This document shows positions 29,616 through 39,706 of a DNA stretch of 64,000 bases, one piece after another. Below the pieces are notes generated by a model that saw only the letters and a list, made by a program, of their open reading frames with translations, made no database searches and was not told the origin of the DNA. The stretch is from Leptolyngbyaceae cyanobacterium (GTDB taxonomy: Bacteria; Cyanobacteriota; Cyanobacteriia; Phormidesmidales; Phormidesmidaceae): NCBI GenBank assembly GCA_050331235.1, contig JBHJHA010000035.1, positions 1-64,000 of the forward strand, written 5' to 3'. The first letter of the stretch is position 1. The number at the start of each line of letters is the position of its first letter. Both the position numbers and the translations under genes were made by a program.

Positions 29616-30517
29616 AAATAGTGATCCTCTCCCGTGATAGTAACCTGTACTCGACTCGACGGTTAAAAGAGGTGGGTGAGGCTGCCGGACACGAAATGCG
29701 TGTCATCGACCATATGCGCTGCTACATGGATATCACCTCCCATAGTCCAAAAGTGCTTTATCAAGGCAAGCCCCTGCTAGAGGTTGACGCGATTATTCCG
29801 CGAATAGGGGCTTCCAATACGTTTTACGGCACAGCCGTTGTCAGGCAGTTTGAAATTATGGGTGTCTTTACGGCAAATACGTCTCAGGCCATATCGCGAT
29901 CGCGCGACAAATTACGCAGCATGCAAATTTTGGCCCGCCGAGGAATTGGCTTACCCGTAACCGGGTTTGCCCACTCAACTCAAGATATTGATGGTCTGAT
30001 TGATCTGGTGGGCGGTGCTCCTTTGGTCATCAAGCTCCTCGAAGGCACCCAAGGAATCGGTGTCGTCTTGGCGGAAACGTATCAAGCGGCAAAATCTGTC
30101 ATTGAGGCCTTTCGCGGTTTGGATGCCAATATTCTGGTGCAGGAATACATTAAAGAAGCCAAAGGAGCTGACCTCCGCTGTTTTATCGTCGGCGATAAAA
30201 TTATTGCGGCGATGAAGCGACAGGGAGCCCCAGGTGAATTTCGCTCAAATCTGCATCGGGGTGGCTCCGCTGCAAAAGTGAAGCTTACGCCGGAAGAACG
30301 TAGTACTGCTGTGCGAGCAGCGAAGGCGATGGGGTTACGTGTAGCGGGGGTCGATTTATTGCGGTCCAATCATGGTCCTGTAGTCATGGAAGTGAACTCT
30401 TCGCCTGGGTTAGAGGGCATTGAAAAATATACCGAACTCGATGTTGCAGGTACTATCATCAGCTACATCGAAAAACATGCGGGACTCAATAAAGATCGTG
30501 ATCGCATCAAATATTAG
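29612..30517 (+). CDS. rimK: Ribosomal protein S6--L-glutamate ligase
   Basis: [35 protein letters not shown] and [16 protein letters not shown] overlap with the upstream gene. Confidence 0.96.
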   Translation: MKIVILSRDSNLYSTRRLKEVGEAAGHEMRVIDHMRCYMDITSHSPKVLYQGKPLLEVDAIIPRIGASNTFYGTAVVRQFEIMGVFTANTSQAISRSRDKLRSMQILARRGIGLPVTGFAHSTQDIDGLIDLVGGAPLVIKLLEGTQGIGVVLAETYQAAKSVIEAFRGLDANILVQEYIKEAKGADLRCFIVGDKIIAAMKRQGAPGEFRSNLHRGGSAAKVKLTPEERSTAVRAAKAMGLRVAGVDLLRSNHGPVVMEVNSSPGLEGIEKYTELDVAGTIISYIEKHAGLNKDRDRIKY

Positions 30518-30675
30518 GCTGATTTTCTGCCGGTGATGGGGCACAACGTATCAACTGCGTTATCTCACCTGTGGATCGCGTCACGATAGGTTTCTCGTTG
30601 CATGCGCCACTATCAAGAATATTCGCTATCCTTGAACGCGATGGTGGGGAGCTTGTCTTTCTGGCAAGAAAAGCT

Positions 30676-31464
30676 ATGAATCTAACTGCGCTACGTCAAC
30701 GACCCCAGTGGATAGTAATTGGGGTGGTCATTTTTGCCGCCGTTGTTGGCGGTGCTTTGAGAGTTGCTCTGCAAGCGAATTCTAATGCTCAATCCACGAA
30801 GACTACTCTGGCTCCGCCGACCAATGCGGCAGATACCGGCACAGCCAATGAACTGTTTGAGTCGCCCATGATTTCCCTGTCGGCCGAGTTGCGTAAAGCT
30901 GCAACTCCCAGCGAACTTGTCCGGTCTACTCCAAGCGATGATCGCTTATCAGTCGTGGCGTCTGGTCGCCCTGATCCGTTTGCTCCAATTACGCAGTCGA
31001 TTGGGGCAACGACGACATCGCGCCCGCAACCGTTACAACAGCCAGCTACCTCAGTGCCAATTAGCTCTGACCGAGAGGCGATTTCACCCGCTTTACCGAC
31101 GACCTCTATCGCCCGAGCACCTGACTTGCCGCCGATTCCGGCATTGAATTCTCCAGCTGCTGTACCTTCAATTCCAGTAGCAGCGAATCCTCTACCCATT
31201 CCGTCACTACCTAGTACTTTGCCGGCTGCCGAGGCTTTTCCTCAAACGCCGATCCAGGCGGTAGAGCTGACTGGAGTGGTTCAGGTTGGCGATCGCGTTG
31301 GAGTGATTGTGCGAGAAGGTCAAGGGCAATCAAGTCGTCATCTGTTCGAGGGCGATCTGCTTGCAGGCGGTCAAATTCGGCTAAAGGCGATCGACTTGTC
31401 CGAGCAGGAGCCTAAAGTCATATTGGAATATGAAGGCAAAGAATATGTGCGCATGGTGGGGTAG
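30676..31464 (+). CDS. Membrane-anchored Pro-rich protein with PilP/GspC-like C-terminal beta domain
   Basis: N-terminal TM helix, GRPDPF motif, Pro-rich linker and VELTGVVQVGDR..VIV...VILEYEG. Confidence 0.7.
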   Translation: MNLTALRQRPQWIVIGVVIFAAVVGGALRVALQANSNAQSTKTTLAPPTNAADTGTANELFESPMISLSAELRKAATPSELVRSTPSDDRLSVVASGRPDPFAPITQSIGATTTSRPQPLQQPATSVPISSDREAISPALPTTSIARAPDLPPIPALNSPAAVPSIPVAANPLPIPSLPSTLPAAEAFPQTPIQAVELTGVVQVGDRVGVIVREGQGQSSRHLFEGDLLAGGQIRLKAIDLSEQEPKVILEYEGKEYVRMVG

Positions 31465-31824
31465 CCTAAAATTTTGAAATAGTGGTTGCCAGCTATAGCG
31501 GCGGCCCTACTACTCCTCGGAGCGCGACGTCAACACCTCAAGCTCAAGTCTCGCTGCTCACTAGCCTTTGGTCTGCTCCAACTTTGAAGGGGGCGGTCAG
31601 GAGCAGGATTGTGCAGCGTCGGCTTGCAAGTTGAAAATCGGTGGCGCTGATACAGGACTAATCCTAATCATAGCGGCGCATAAAACACTGCTAGGTGAAA
31701 TGCTAGGCCACCGTCGGATGGTTGACCTTCCGGTTTAGACAAATTTCTGAAACCTGTGTCAGCATGGAAACCAGGATTGCTGTTTATGGCCGTGTTGGCA
31801 TTGCCGACGCAAGTTGAGCTTTTT

Positions 31825-32316
31825 ATGGAACTGCCCTTAGAGCGACCGCTGACTTTGAGTGACGCCTTTCCTTGCCCAATCTGCCGTCAGGGTCGCATTG
31901 AGGCGATCGTCTTGACCGAGGCTTTTGCCTGCGAATTTTGTCGCCACATCCTGTCGGCCAATTTAGTTAACCAGCAAGTTCAGGTCGTAGATAGCAGTCA
32001 ACCTCTAACTTGGTCATGGAACGGCCGAACCTGGCGATTGGCTCGGGGGGAAAAAGAGCAAGCGCTATCCGGAATGATCTTGCTCTTAGCAGTTTTGCTG
32101 ATTGTTGTACCTGCCGGCGTTATATGGCTATCGGGTAATCTCTTTCCCCCTTTGCATCCCACCTCTAGCACCCCCTTTTCAACCGTTTGGGCTATGGTGA
32201 CTTTGTTTGCCCATAGCCTACTCGTGTTCTGGTTGTTTGGAGAGTATTATCAACTGCCCTTTTATGTGGCGGCCAAGTTGAGAGTCTTACGGCTGCGCTT
32301 GTTTTCCCAACGATAA
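31825..32316 (+). CDS. Hypothetical Zn-ribbon membrane protein
   Basis: CPICRQG...FACEFCRH followed by two TM helices. Start uncertain. Confidence 0.8.
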   Translation: MELPLERPLTLSDAFPCPICRQGRIEAIVLTEAFACEFCRHILSANLVNQQVQVVDSSQPLTWSWNGRTWRLARGEKEQALSGMILLLAVLLIVVPAGVIWLSGNLFPPLHPTSSTPFSTVWAMVTLFAHSLLVFWLFGEYYQLPFYVAAKLRVLRLRLFSQR

Positions 32317-32423
32317 TCATCCATGATGAGCAGCTATGGCCCTGTTTCCATTGATCATCCTTAGAACGATGCTAACCAGTGAGTCAATTTAGCGACCCAG
32401 AAAGGGGAATCAATGCATCAAAA

Positions 32424-32879
32424 TCATGATATCTGCTTGCGCATAGTTACATGGGCGATACCCACTTCTAAAAATTCATCGCCTTCACTTTGGAAGCCTA
32501 ATTTTTCATAGAATTTGATGGCATGGCGCTGTGCTGACAGCACAACTTCATCATGGTAGTTCTGTTTAGCTACTTCAAACAGACGGCGCATGAGTTGGAG
32601 CCCGACTCCTTTGCGGCGCCAGGGACGAACAACCGCAACGCGGCCAATCTTTCCACTTGGTGCTAATCTCCCAGTTCCCACTGGAACATTGCCGTAAAAA
32701 GCCAAAACATGGTGCGATACCGGATCGTAGTTGTCAATTTCGAGCTCGAGTGGAATGTTTTGCTCTTGAACAAATACCGTAAATCTGATGGCGTGGATGA
32801 GTGATTTATCAGCGGTATAGTCCGCGACTTCAGTGTTGATCGCGGACTGAAGCTGTGGAGTCGCAAGTATAGATGACAT
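32424..32879 (-). CDS. GNAT N-acetyltransferase (ElaA/YjcF-like)
   Basis: IRFTVFVQEQ, KIGRVAV...RRKGVG and LSAQ..A..FYEKLGF. Confidence 0.93.
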   Translation of the reverse strand: MSSILATPQLQSAINTEVADYTADKSLIHAIRFTVFVQEQNIPLELEIDNYDPVSHHVLAFYGNVPVGTGRLAPSGKIGRVAVVRPWRRKGVGLQLMRRLFEVAKQNYHDEVVLSAQRHAIKFYEKLGFQSEGDEFLEVGIAHVTMRKQIS

Positions 32880-33464
32880 ATTAGCAATGGGTAGTAGATG
32901 CTTGGAGGTCGGTCATCTCGTTGAAGATGTATTAGGCATTCAAGACATTCGAGTACTAATACCTAATCAAGACAACTGTTGTAGACTCTTGGTGATATTA
33001 CATCAATGTAAACGAGAAACAAAGCAAAATCTACGTAAGAAGCTACCTATATTCGAAGACCTAGAGCATAGGCTCAAACTGTCGGATGTTCGATTGTCGG
33101 ATATCAGCGATACGCATGCAGGTTCAAAAGACTAGAATCGCCATGCTTGGCTCAGTGAATCTTGCTTTAATCATGCTTACTTTGAGGTCCCATGGATACC
33201 GTTAAATCACAGAACCTCAAAAGCTCAACATGGATGTCATTGATGGTCTTTATAACTAACAAGTATATTATTTTTAGGTATACAATCGGTTGAGCTGAAG
33301 CGATCGCGCTGCCAGTCTAATAGCCGTCAATCCAGTCAAATTCCGATCAGCTTTACTTCAGTATTAAGAATATCTGTTCTAAATGAAGGGCGAGTTTTTG
33401 TGACTATTCAGTCAGACAGTATGGGATTCATTTTTGAACGGAACTATCTACTACCCAAAAACCC

Positions 33465-34745
33465 CTATAGCATGAGTAAGTGAGATACGTCCGTAGAGCC
33501 AAACGTCATACTGAGGGCAACGTTGAGGTTTTCGAACACTTTGACTAGCCATTGAACATTATTTTGAGTTGACGTTTCGTAATGACTGAACAGTGTAGAA
33601 AAGCGCTTTTCTAAGTAAGGCTTAACCTTGCGACATACGAGCACTAATTTGATAAGCAATCCGGTTGTTGATAAGGGGCCCAAATTATTAATTAAATCGA
33701 TAAAGATGAAATGCTGGGGATTTGCAGAAGACTCAAGCACTAAGAAGTTCAAGAGTTGGCTGCAGGTGCGAATCATCAAGAAATCGTTGAGAGGTTGATC
33801 CTCATTTTGCGGTAACGTATGCTCCAATTGTGTCGAGAGTAACTTGTTAAACTTGCGCTGGCCATAGACAGGGTCGATAGACGTTCCTAAATAGTCATAA
33901 AGGCTACGCTTAAACTCCCCAAAGTTAGCAGTTTTAGTCTGCTGTAAAAAGAGTTGGGCAGAATCACAATAATTTTGCCCTTGGTAAACCTTTCCAGAAA
34001 ACTGGTTAAGTGAACTGACTAATTCGCGATCGCTTAACAAGGTCGGGTTGCTAACCGGTTTGAGTCGCTGTAGGTTCCTTTGGTCAGGGGATAGTTTTTT
34101 TAAGCGGGCCTGACGCACCCGATAGGTTACATAGTGGGAGAGGTTGACCTCAAACTGCTGTTGAGCTTGAGCCTGCATATAACGGATGTGCCGATGGTGA
34201 GCTTCAGGGCTGTCTTCACTGACTAAGCAGTATTCATACAAATAGGGATAGCGCTGAATCAGGTTGCCGAGCGGACGCTGCTCATTCTGTTGGTGACTGT
34301 CGGCGTCAATCAGGCAAGATAGTCGCTTGAGGGTTAAGTATTGCTCGGTTTTAGTGAACTGCCTGACAACGTTGTGCAACTGCCGCACTTGCCGATGACG
34401 AGTGTATTCTCTGACTTCAGCTGTGGGGGAACGCTCAAACAGGTCGACCAGTTGTGGAATTGCATATTGAAACTGCGAATTACCCTGCCAGCGATTAATT
34501 AGGATATGACAGCAGCGATTAAGTACGAAGTGGAAGTACTCTTCAGCCTCACGATCGGAAATGATCGCATCTAGCAGAGAGACAACTTCATGGTTGTTAT
34601 ATCCAACGCCTTCAATAAACAGTGCTTGAAAACGCTCAATTAGCTGTTCCGGTGCTTCATGCTCGGCGTAGGCGAGTAAATGGTCATAGAGCGCCTGCTC
34701 TTGAGGACTGACTGAACGACTTGGATAGGCTACCCTTTGATTCAC
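33465..34745 (-). CDS. Conserved cyanobacterial hypothetical helical protein
   Basis: 426-aa ORF (EQALYDHLL, LNRCCHILINRW, RYPYLYE, NPTLLSDREL). Long AT-rich flanks on both sides. Confidence 0.85.
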   Translation of the reverse strand: MNQRVAYPSRSVSPQEQALYDHLLAYAEHEAPEQLIERFQALFIEGVGYNNHEVVSLLDAIISDREAEEYFHFVLNRCCHILINRWQGNSQFQYAIPQLVDLFERSPTAEVREYTRHRQVRQLHNVVRQFTKTEQYLTLKRLSCLIDADSHQQNEQRPLGNLIQRYPYLYEYCLVSEDSPEAHHRHIRYMQAQAQQQFEVNLSHYVTYRVRQARLKKLSPDQRNLQRLKPVSNPTLLSDRELVSSLNQFSGKVYQGQNYCDSAQLFLQQTKTANFGEFKRSLYDYLGTSIDPVYGQRKFNKLLSTQLEHTLPQNEDQPLNDFLMIRTCSQLLNFLVLESSANPQHFIFIDLINNLGPLSTTGLLIKLVLVCRKVKPYLEKRFSTLFSHYETSTQNNVQWLVKVFENLNVALSMTFGSTDVSHLLML

Positions 34746-35430
34746 AGTAACAAATGCCCTTAATCGGCATAAACGATATTGATTCGCGCCCGATGCCCCT
34801 GTAGAACGCTCTAATCGATCGGCGACGGCTTTGCTCTGACTGCCGTAGATACTAGATGCTTAATATAAAATCTAATCTTTCTACGTAAGCTTGACGTCGG
34901 TTTTTACACTTGATATACAGAGCCTATACGATTCAAACATTCAGTAGAACTACTGGCATCCAAAATGTAAGCTCGGGTCTGCGGTGAAGTGACATTCTAT
35001 GTCTGGGCACCAAACCTCTTGGCTTAGAGGATTCGAGCTGACCCTAGTAATTCACAAAGTGACTGTCATACTTCACGGAATGTTTGTAGCCTCATAGCTA
35101 TTTCACCTAAATTCTGGATTTCTGTAAAGGAATCTTTATCTAAATGATTTATATTCCAAAATGCTAAACATACAGAAACGATATGTACTGTTGACTGTCT
35201 TTGGAACATCGGCTAGATGTCGTCAGGCTGGAGCCGCTAGCCAATTCAATCGGCGGCAAAGGCTAGCGCCGTAAAGCCTGGGCAACTGGTGGAACTTGGT
35301 TCGTTGGCTGAAAGGCCACCAGAATTATGGCTATGTGAGACTGCACCGCTTGCTGCTGACATCTTCAAAGAGACGATGATTTAAGTTCCTTGGGTAGAGG
35401 TACTGTCAGCAGCAATGGCGAAGAAGACAC

Positions 35431-36123
35431 TCAGGCCTCAGCCGCAGCTAGTTCATCCAGCTTGGCGCGCACAGCTTGGATATCTTGCCACATGAGCCAC
35501 TTGGGGGCACCTTTTTCACGGGAGGGATTGCGCAAAAGATATGCTGGGTGAAAGATGGGCATGCACCAGCGGCCTTGCCACTCGGTCCACTGGCCTCGAA
35601 CTTTGGTGATGCCGCGTTTTTCTCCCGTTAAGCCTTTCATAGCCGTAGCGCCGGTCATGAGGATAATTTTGGGATCGACGAGGCGAATTTGCTCTAGTAG
35701 GTAGCCTTTGCAGGCGGCGGATTCGTCTGCTGCGGGGGTCCGATTGCCAGGTGGGCGGCATTTCACAACATTGCAGATGTAGACATCCTGCGCCGAATCT
35801 AACCGGACAGCCGCCAGGATCTTTTCTAGGAGTTGGCCCGATTTACCCACGAAGGGTAGTCCTTGTTCGTCCGCTTGTTGCCCCGTTCCCTCACCGACTA
35901 TCATGATGGGGGCTTGGGGATTGCCACGGCTGACAACAACATTGGTACGACCGGCGGCGAGCCCGCAGCGCTGGCAATGGTTACAGTGGCGGCCAAGGGT
36001 CTCTAAGTCTTCGTAAATTCCGGGTGGTATCGGTACGCTAGCGCTGGTGGGGATCGTTTCAATGTCGAAATCTGCGGGGGGTTTGGCGGCAGATGCACCA
36101 AACAAATCGATTTGATCAGTCAT
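35431..36123 (-). CDS. Uracil-DNA glycosylase, family 4 ([4Fe-4S] type)
   Basis: CQRC.L, PFVGKSGQLL, NVVKCRPPGNRTP, C..YL and FHPAYLLR. Motif A reads GEGTGQQAD. Confidence 0.92.
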   Translation of the reverse strand: MTDQIDLFGASAAKPPADFDIETIPTSASVPIPPGIYEDLETLGRHCNHCQRCGLAAGRTNVVVSRGNPQAPIMIVGEGTGQQADEQGLPFVGKSGQLLEKILAAVRLDSAQDVYICNVVKCRPPGNRTPAADESAACKGYLLEQIRLVDPKIILMTGATAMKGLTGEKRGITKVRGQWTEWQGRWCMPIFHPAYLLRNPSREKGAPKWLMWQDIQAVRAKLDELAAAEA

Positions 36124-36319
36124 TAGGAGGTCAAGACGGGGGCTATCAATGATGCAAAGCTTAATACCTGGAGATACCAGAAACAAATATTCACCTGGTC
36201 GATATTGTAGAAGAGTCCTAACGTCGAGGTGAACTGGGCTGGGAGAAGGACGGGCGGGCGGGCGGCTGAGTATTCCTTGAAATTGGGAGAGAGTGGTATG
36301 ACACAGCGAATTGTGTATC

Positions 36320-36362
36320 GTATGTCAGCATACAAACTTGCATACCGTGAGTGCTGTATACA
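36320..36362 (+). promoter_or_regulatory. NtcA-consensus box plus repeated CATAC/TATAC half-sites upstream of the Rieske oxygenase
   Basis: GTATGTCAGCATAC (GTA-N8-TAC) at 36320-36333, then TTGCATAC and TGTATACA. No clean TAN3T at 22 nt. Confidence 0.5.
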
Positions 36363-36388
36363 GCTTAATACCGCTCCATGTAGGACCT

Positions 36389-37468
36389 ATGTTAGTTACT
36401 CGGCAGCCAATTTTTCGACACTTTTGGTATCCAGTCATTCCCTTGGAGATGTTGGCTGATGGGCTGCAGACCTTTGAGCTGCTGGGGGAGTCGTTAGTGG
36501 TGTGGTTAGATAAGGCGGGACAGCCTGCTGCCGTGCGAGATCGCTGCTGTCACCGGACGGCGAAGCTGTCTTTGGGCAGTGTGGATAATGGTTGCATTCG
36601 CTGTCCTTTCCATGGTTGGGAGTTTGATGCTGTGGGGCAGTGTGTCAAAGTGCCTCAGTTAGCTCAAGGTAAAGCGATCCCCGCCACTTACAAGGTAGAG
36701 GCCTTTCGATGCCAGGCACGCTACGGCTATGTGTGGGTTTGCTTGGCCGACCCCATCGCGGATATTCCGGTGATCGCAGAGGCAGACGCGCCTAACTATC
36801 GCATCATCCACGAGTTTTATGAGCCGTGGCAGGTGGCTGGGCTGCGGGTAATGGAAAACGAGTTGGATTTGGCTCACCCGACCTTTGTTCATACGACTAC
36901 CTTTGGTAGCGATGAGCATCCAGTGCCCGATTCGTTAGACGTAGAAGAGACGGCCTACGGCATCCACGTTAAAGGTCTACTCGGGGTCGTCAATCCAGAG
37001 CAGCAGCAAAAAAATCTCAACATGAATGAAGGCGGCACGACGCGGACCTTGGAAATGGACTGGTTTATGCCTTTTACCGCCCGGCTCAAGATCATCTATC
37101 CCAATGGGCTGGAACATATCATCGTGAATACGATGACACCGATTGCTGACGATCGCTCCCAGATGGTGCAATTTTGCGTGCGAAACGACACTGAGGCCGA
37201 TACTGCTGCTGAGGACATTATCGCGTTTGATCGTGCCGTCACCCTGGAAGATAAGCGGATTCTTGAGTCGACCGATTACGATGTCCCGTTGACGCCAAGC
37301 CAAGAAGAACATATGTTTACTGACCGCCCCGGGGTGCTCATTCGTAAGCGCGTAGCGGCACTGTTACGAGAATATGGTGAGACTGAACAGACCCGCCATC
37401 GCACAGTGCTAGCTTCGTCGACGGCAAGGCCGACATCGGTCATGGCTCAGGCCGTGTCTTCTAGCTGA
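36389..37468 (+). CDS. Rieske non-heme iron oxygenase, alpha subunit (VanA/NdmA-like)
   Basis: Rieske ligands DRCCHR...CPFHGW, mononuclear Fe motif ENELDLAHPTFVH and later EDKRILE. AGGA precedes ATG 36389. Confidence 0.92.
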   Translation: MLVTRQPIFRHFWYPVIPLEMLADGLQTFELLGESLVVWLDKAGQPAAVRDRCCHRTAKLSLGSVDNGCIRCPFHGWEFDAVGQCVKVPQLAQGKAIPATYKVEAFRCQARYGYVWVCLADPIADIPVIAEADAPNYRIIHEFYEPWQVAGLRVMENELDLAHPTFVHTTTFGSDEHPVPDSLDVEETAYGIHVKGLLGVVNPEQQQKNLNMNEGGTTRTLEMDWFMPFTARLKIIYPNGLEHIIVNTMTPIADDRSQMVQFCVRNDTEADTAAEDIIAFDRAVTLEDKRILESTDYDVPLTPSQEEHMFTDRPGVLIRKRVAALLREYGETEQTRHRTVLASSTARPTSVMAQAVSSS

Positions 37469-37493
37469 TACGAGGATGATCAGTGATGGATGA

Positions 37494-39578
37494 TCAGTGA
37501 TGGGAATATTCCGGTGTGATGCCCAGATGGTGAAACATAAAGGCATACACGTCGGCGGTTTCCTCAAGGCCTTTGGTGAGGCTACTGGCTCCGTGACCGG
37601 AGTTGGTGCCGATGCGGATCAGGGTTGGGGCCTCGCCGCTGTGGCGAGCCTGCAGGGTGGCCGCATATTTGAAGGAATGGGCCGGCACGACGCGATCGTC
37701 ATGGTCAGCGGTGACGATAAGCGTTGCAGGGTAGGGCACGTCATCGCGGATGTTGTGCAGCGGTGAATAGTCATAGAGATAAGCAAAGTCGGCTTCGTTG
37801 TCGCTGGAGCCCATTTCAGCAATCCAATTCCAGCCAATGGTGAATTTCTGAAAGCGCAGCATATCCATCACGCCGACCCCCGGTAGCGCAACGCGAAACA
37901 AATCTGGTCGTCGGTTGATCACGGCACCGACCAACAATCCACCGTTGGAGCGGCCTTCGATCGCGAGCTTGTCGGTGCGGGTATAGCCCTCACAAATTAA
38001 ATATTCCGCTGCGGCAATGAAGTCTGTGAATGCGGTTGGTCGCTTTTCACGAATAGCGGCTTCGTGCCAAGCGCGACCATATTCCCCCCCGCCGCGAATA
38101 TTGGCGATCGCAATCAGCATGCCCTGCTCTAGGAGTGCGACCCGTTGCGCCTGAAAGGATGGCACAAGAGAGATATTGAATCCGCCATAGGCGTACAGAT
38201 AAGTGGGCGTATTTCTCTGCAAAGATAGTCCCTTTTTATGGATTAAGAACAGGGGAATCTGAGTACCGTCGTCGCTGGGATAAAACACTTGGCGCGTCTT
38301 ATATTCGTCGGTGTTGAAGGCGATCTCGGGGCGACGAAACATGCTGGACTGACCAGTGGCAACGTCGTAGCGATAAATCGTGGGTGGCACCGTGTAGGAC
38401 GTAAAGATATAGAACGTGAAGGCGTCTCGGGGGGTGCCGTCAAATCCGCTGACGGTGCCGAGGCCAGGCAAATCCACTGATCGCTCTAGGGAGCCCTCTG
38501 GGGTGTAGACGTCAACGCGAGAGACGACATCTTGTAAGTAGGTAACAAAAAGTTTGCCCCCTACTAAGCTGGCGCTGCGCAACGGTTCTGCTTTTTCAGA
38601 AAGAACTGTTTGCCACTGTTCTATAGCTGGATTTTGGGGATCGACTGAGACTAGCTTGCGGTTAGGCGCATCTTGGTTGGTGACCATCAACAGGCGATCG
38701 CCCAGATTATCCACAATCGAAAAACTCTCATCGGTAATGGTGTCGATGAGGGGCGAAAATTCTGTGGCTCCTGCGGCCAAATCTTTGATGTATAGAGCGT
38801 TGCCCAGTTTGGCCTGACCGCGATCGCTAATGGATAGGATCAAAAACCGTTCGTCATTTGTGGCGCTGACAAAATGAAACCGGAGGGGGTGGTCGGCATC
38901 CTCGTAAATCAAGTCATCGGCTGACTGGTCGGTGCCGAGGCGGTGATAATACACCTTGTGAAACTCGTTGCGAGATGACCACTCCGAGCCGTCGGTGGGG
39001 GCATCGTAGCGACCATAAAAGAATCCCTCACCGCACCAAGCCGGGTAGGAAACTTTAACCCAGGTCAAGGTTTCGGGCAGCAGTTCCCCGGTTTCTACAT
39101 TTAAGATGCGGTACTGCTGCCAGTCAGAACTGCCTTCGGAAAGCCCGTAAACCGCATATTTGCCATCTTTAGAGGGATTGAAGACGCTCAGCGTGGTGGT
39201 TTGGTCGTCAGAAAACGTGTTGGGATCAAGCAACTGACGGGGCTTGCCCTTTAAACCATCCTGTACGTAGACAAGGCTTTGCTCCTGTAGGCCATCATTT
39301 TTGAAGAAAAAAAAGCGATCGCCGCGCTTGGTAGGAGCGGAATAGCGGGGATAGTCCACAATTTCCTTGAGCCGCTGTTTGATTGCTCCGCGATAGGGAA
39401 TCTGCTCTAAAAAGTTGAAGGTGACTGCGTTTTGGGCCTTGACCCATGCGGCTGTAGCGGCTGAGCGATCGTCCTCTAACCAGCGGTATGGGTCGGGCAC
39501 GGCGGTGCCAAAGTAGGTGTCAACTTGGTCAACGGTGGCCGTTTCTGGATAGTGTGGCTTGGAGATGGCATCAGACAT
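37494..39578 (-). CDS. Prolyl oligopeptidase (S9A)
   Basis: DPYRWLED, YAYGGF, ANIRGGGEYG, GRSNGGLL (Ser), DHDDRV (Asp) and SGHG (His). Confidence 0.96.
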   Translation of the reverse strand: MSDAISKPHYPETATVDQVDTYFGTAVPDPYRWLEDDRSAATAAWVKAQNAVTFNFLEQIPYRGAIKQRLKEIVDYPRYSAPTKRGDRFFFFKNDGLQEQSLVYVQDGLKGKPRQLLDPNTFSDDQTTTLSVFNPSKDGKYAVYGLSEGSSDWQQYRILNVETGELLPETLTWVKVSYPAWCGEGFFYGRYDAPTDGSEWSSRNEFHKVYYHRLGTDQSADDLIYEDADHPLRFHFVSATNDERFLILSISDRGQAKLGNALYIKDLAAGATEFSPLIDTITDESFSIVDNLGDRLLMVTNQDAPNRKLVSVDPQNPAIEQWQTVLSEKAEPLRSASLVGGKLFVTYLQDVVSRVDVYTPEGSLERSVDLPGLGTVSGFDGTPRDAFTFYIFTSYTVPPTIYRYDVATGQSSMFRRPEIAFNTDEYKTRQVFYPSDDGTQIPLFLIHKKGLSLQRNTPTYLYAYGGFNISLVPSFQAQRVALLEQGMLIAIANIRGGGEYGRAWHEAAIREKRPTAFTDFIAAAEYLICEGYTRTDKLAIEGRSNGGLLVGAVINRRPDLFRVALPGVGVMDMLRFQKFTIGWNWIAEMGSSDNEADFAYLYDYSPLHNIRDDVPYPATLIVTADHDDRVVPAHSFKYAATLQARHSGEAPTLIRIGTNSGHGASSLTKGLEETADVYAFMFHHLGITPEYSHH

Positions 39579-39706
39579 AGAGCACTCGGTAGGGCGATCG
39601 CTCTCATTGTGCCGAAGAATGTTGATGGAGGATCAGCGTTGCTCCAGTTCGCGCCGTTCAAAGGCCCTGTTTGATCAGGTTGCTGAGTGCATGGTGGCCA
39701 GTTGGT

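Noticed and set aside
35431..36123. UdgX-type suicide glycosylase
   Set aside because: It lacks the KRRIH R-loop and has the ordinary CRPPGNRTP.
36389..39578. RiPP cluster built from the prolyl oligopeptidase and Rieske oxygenase
   Set aside because: The genes are convergent, with no precursor peptide, transporter or other maturases nearby.
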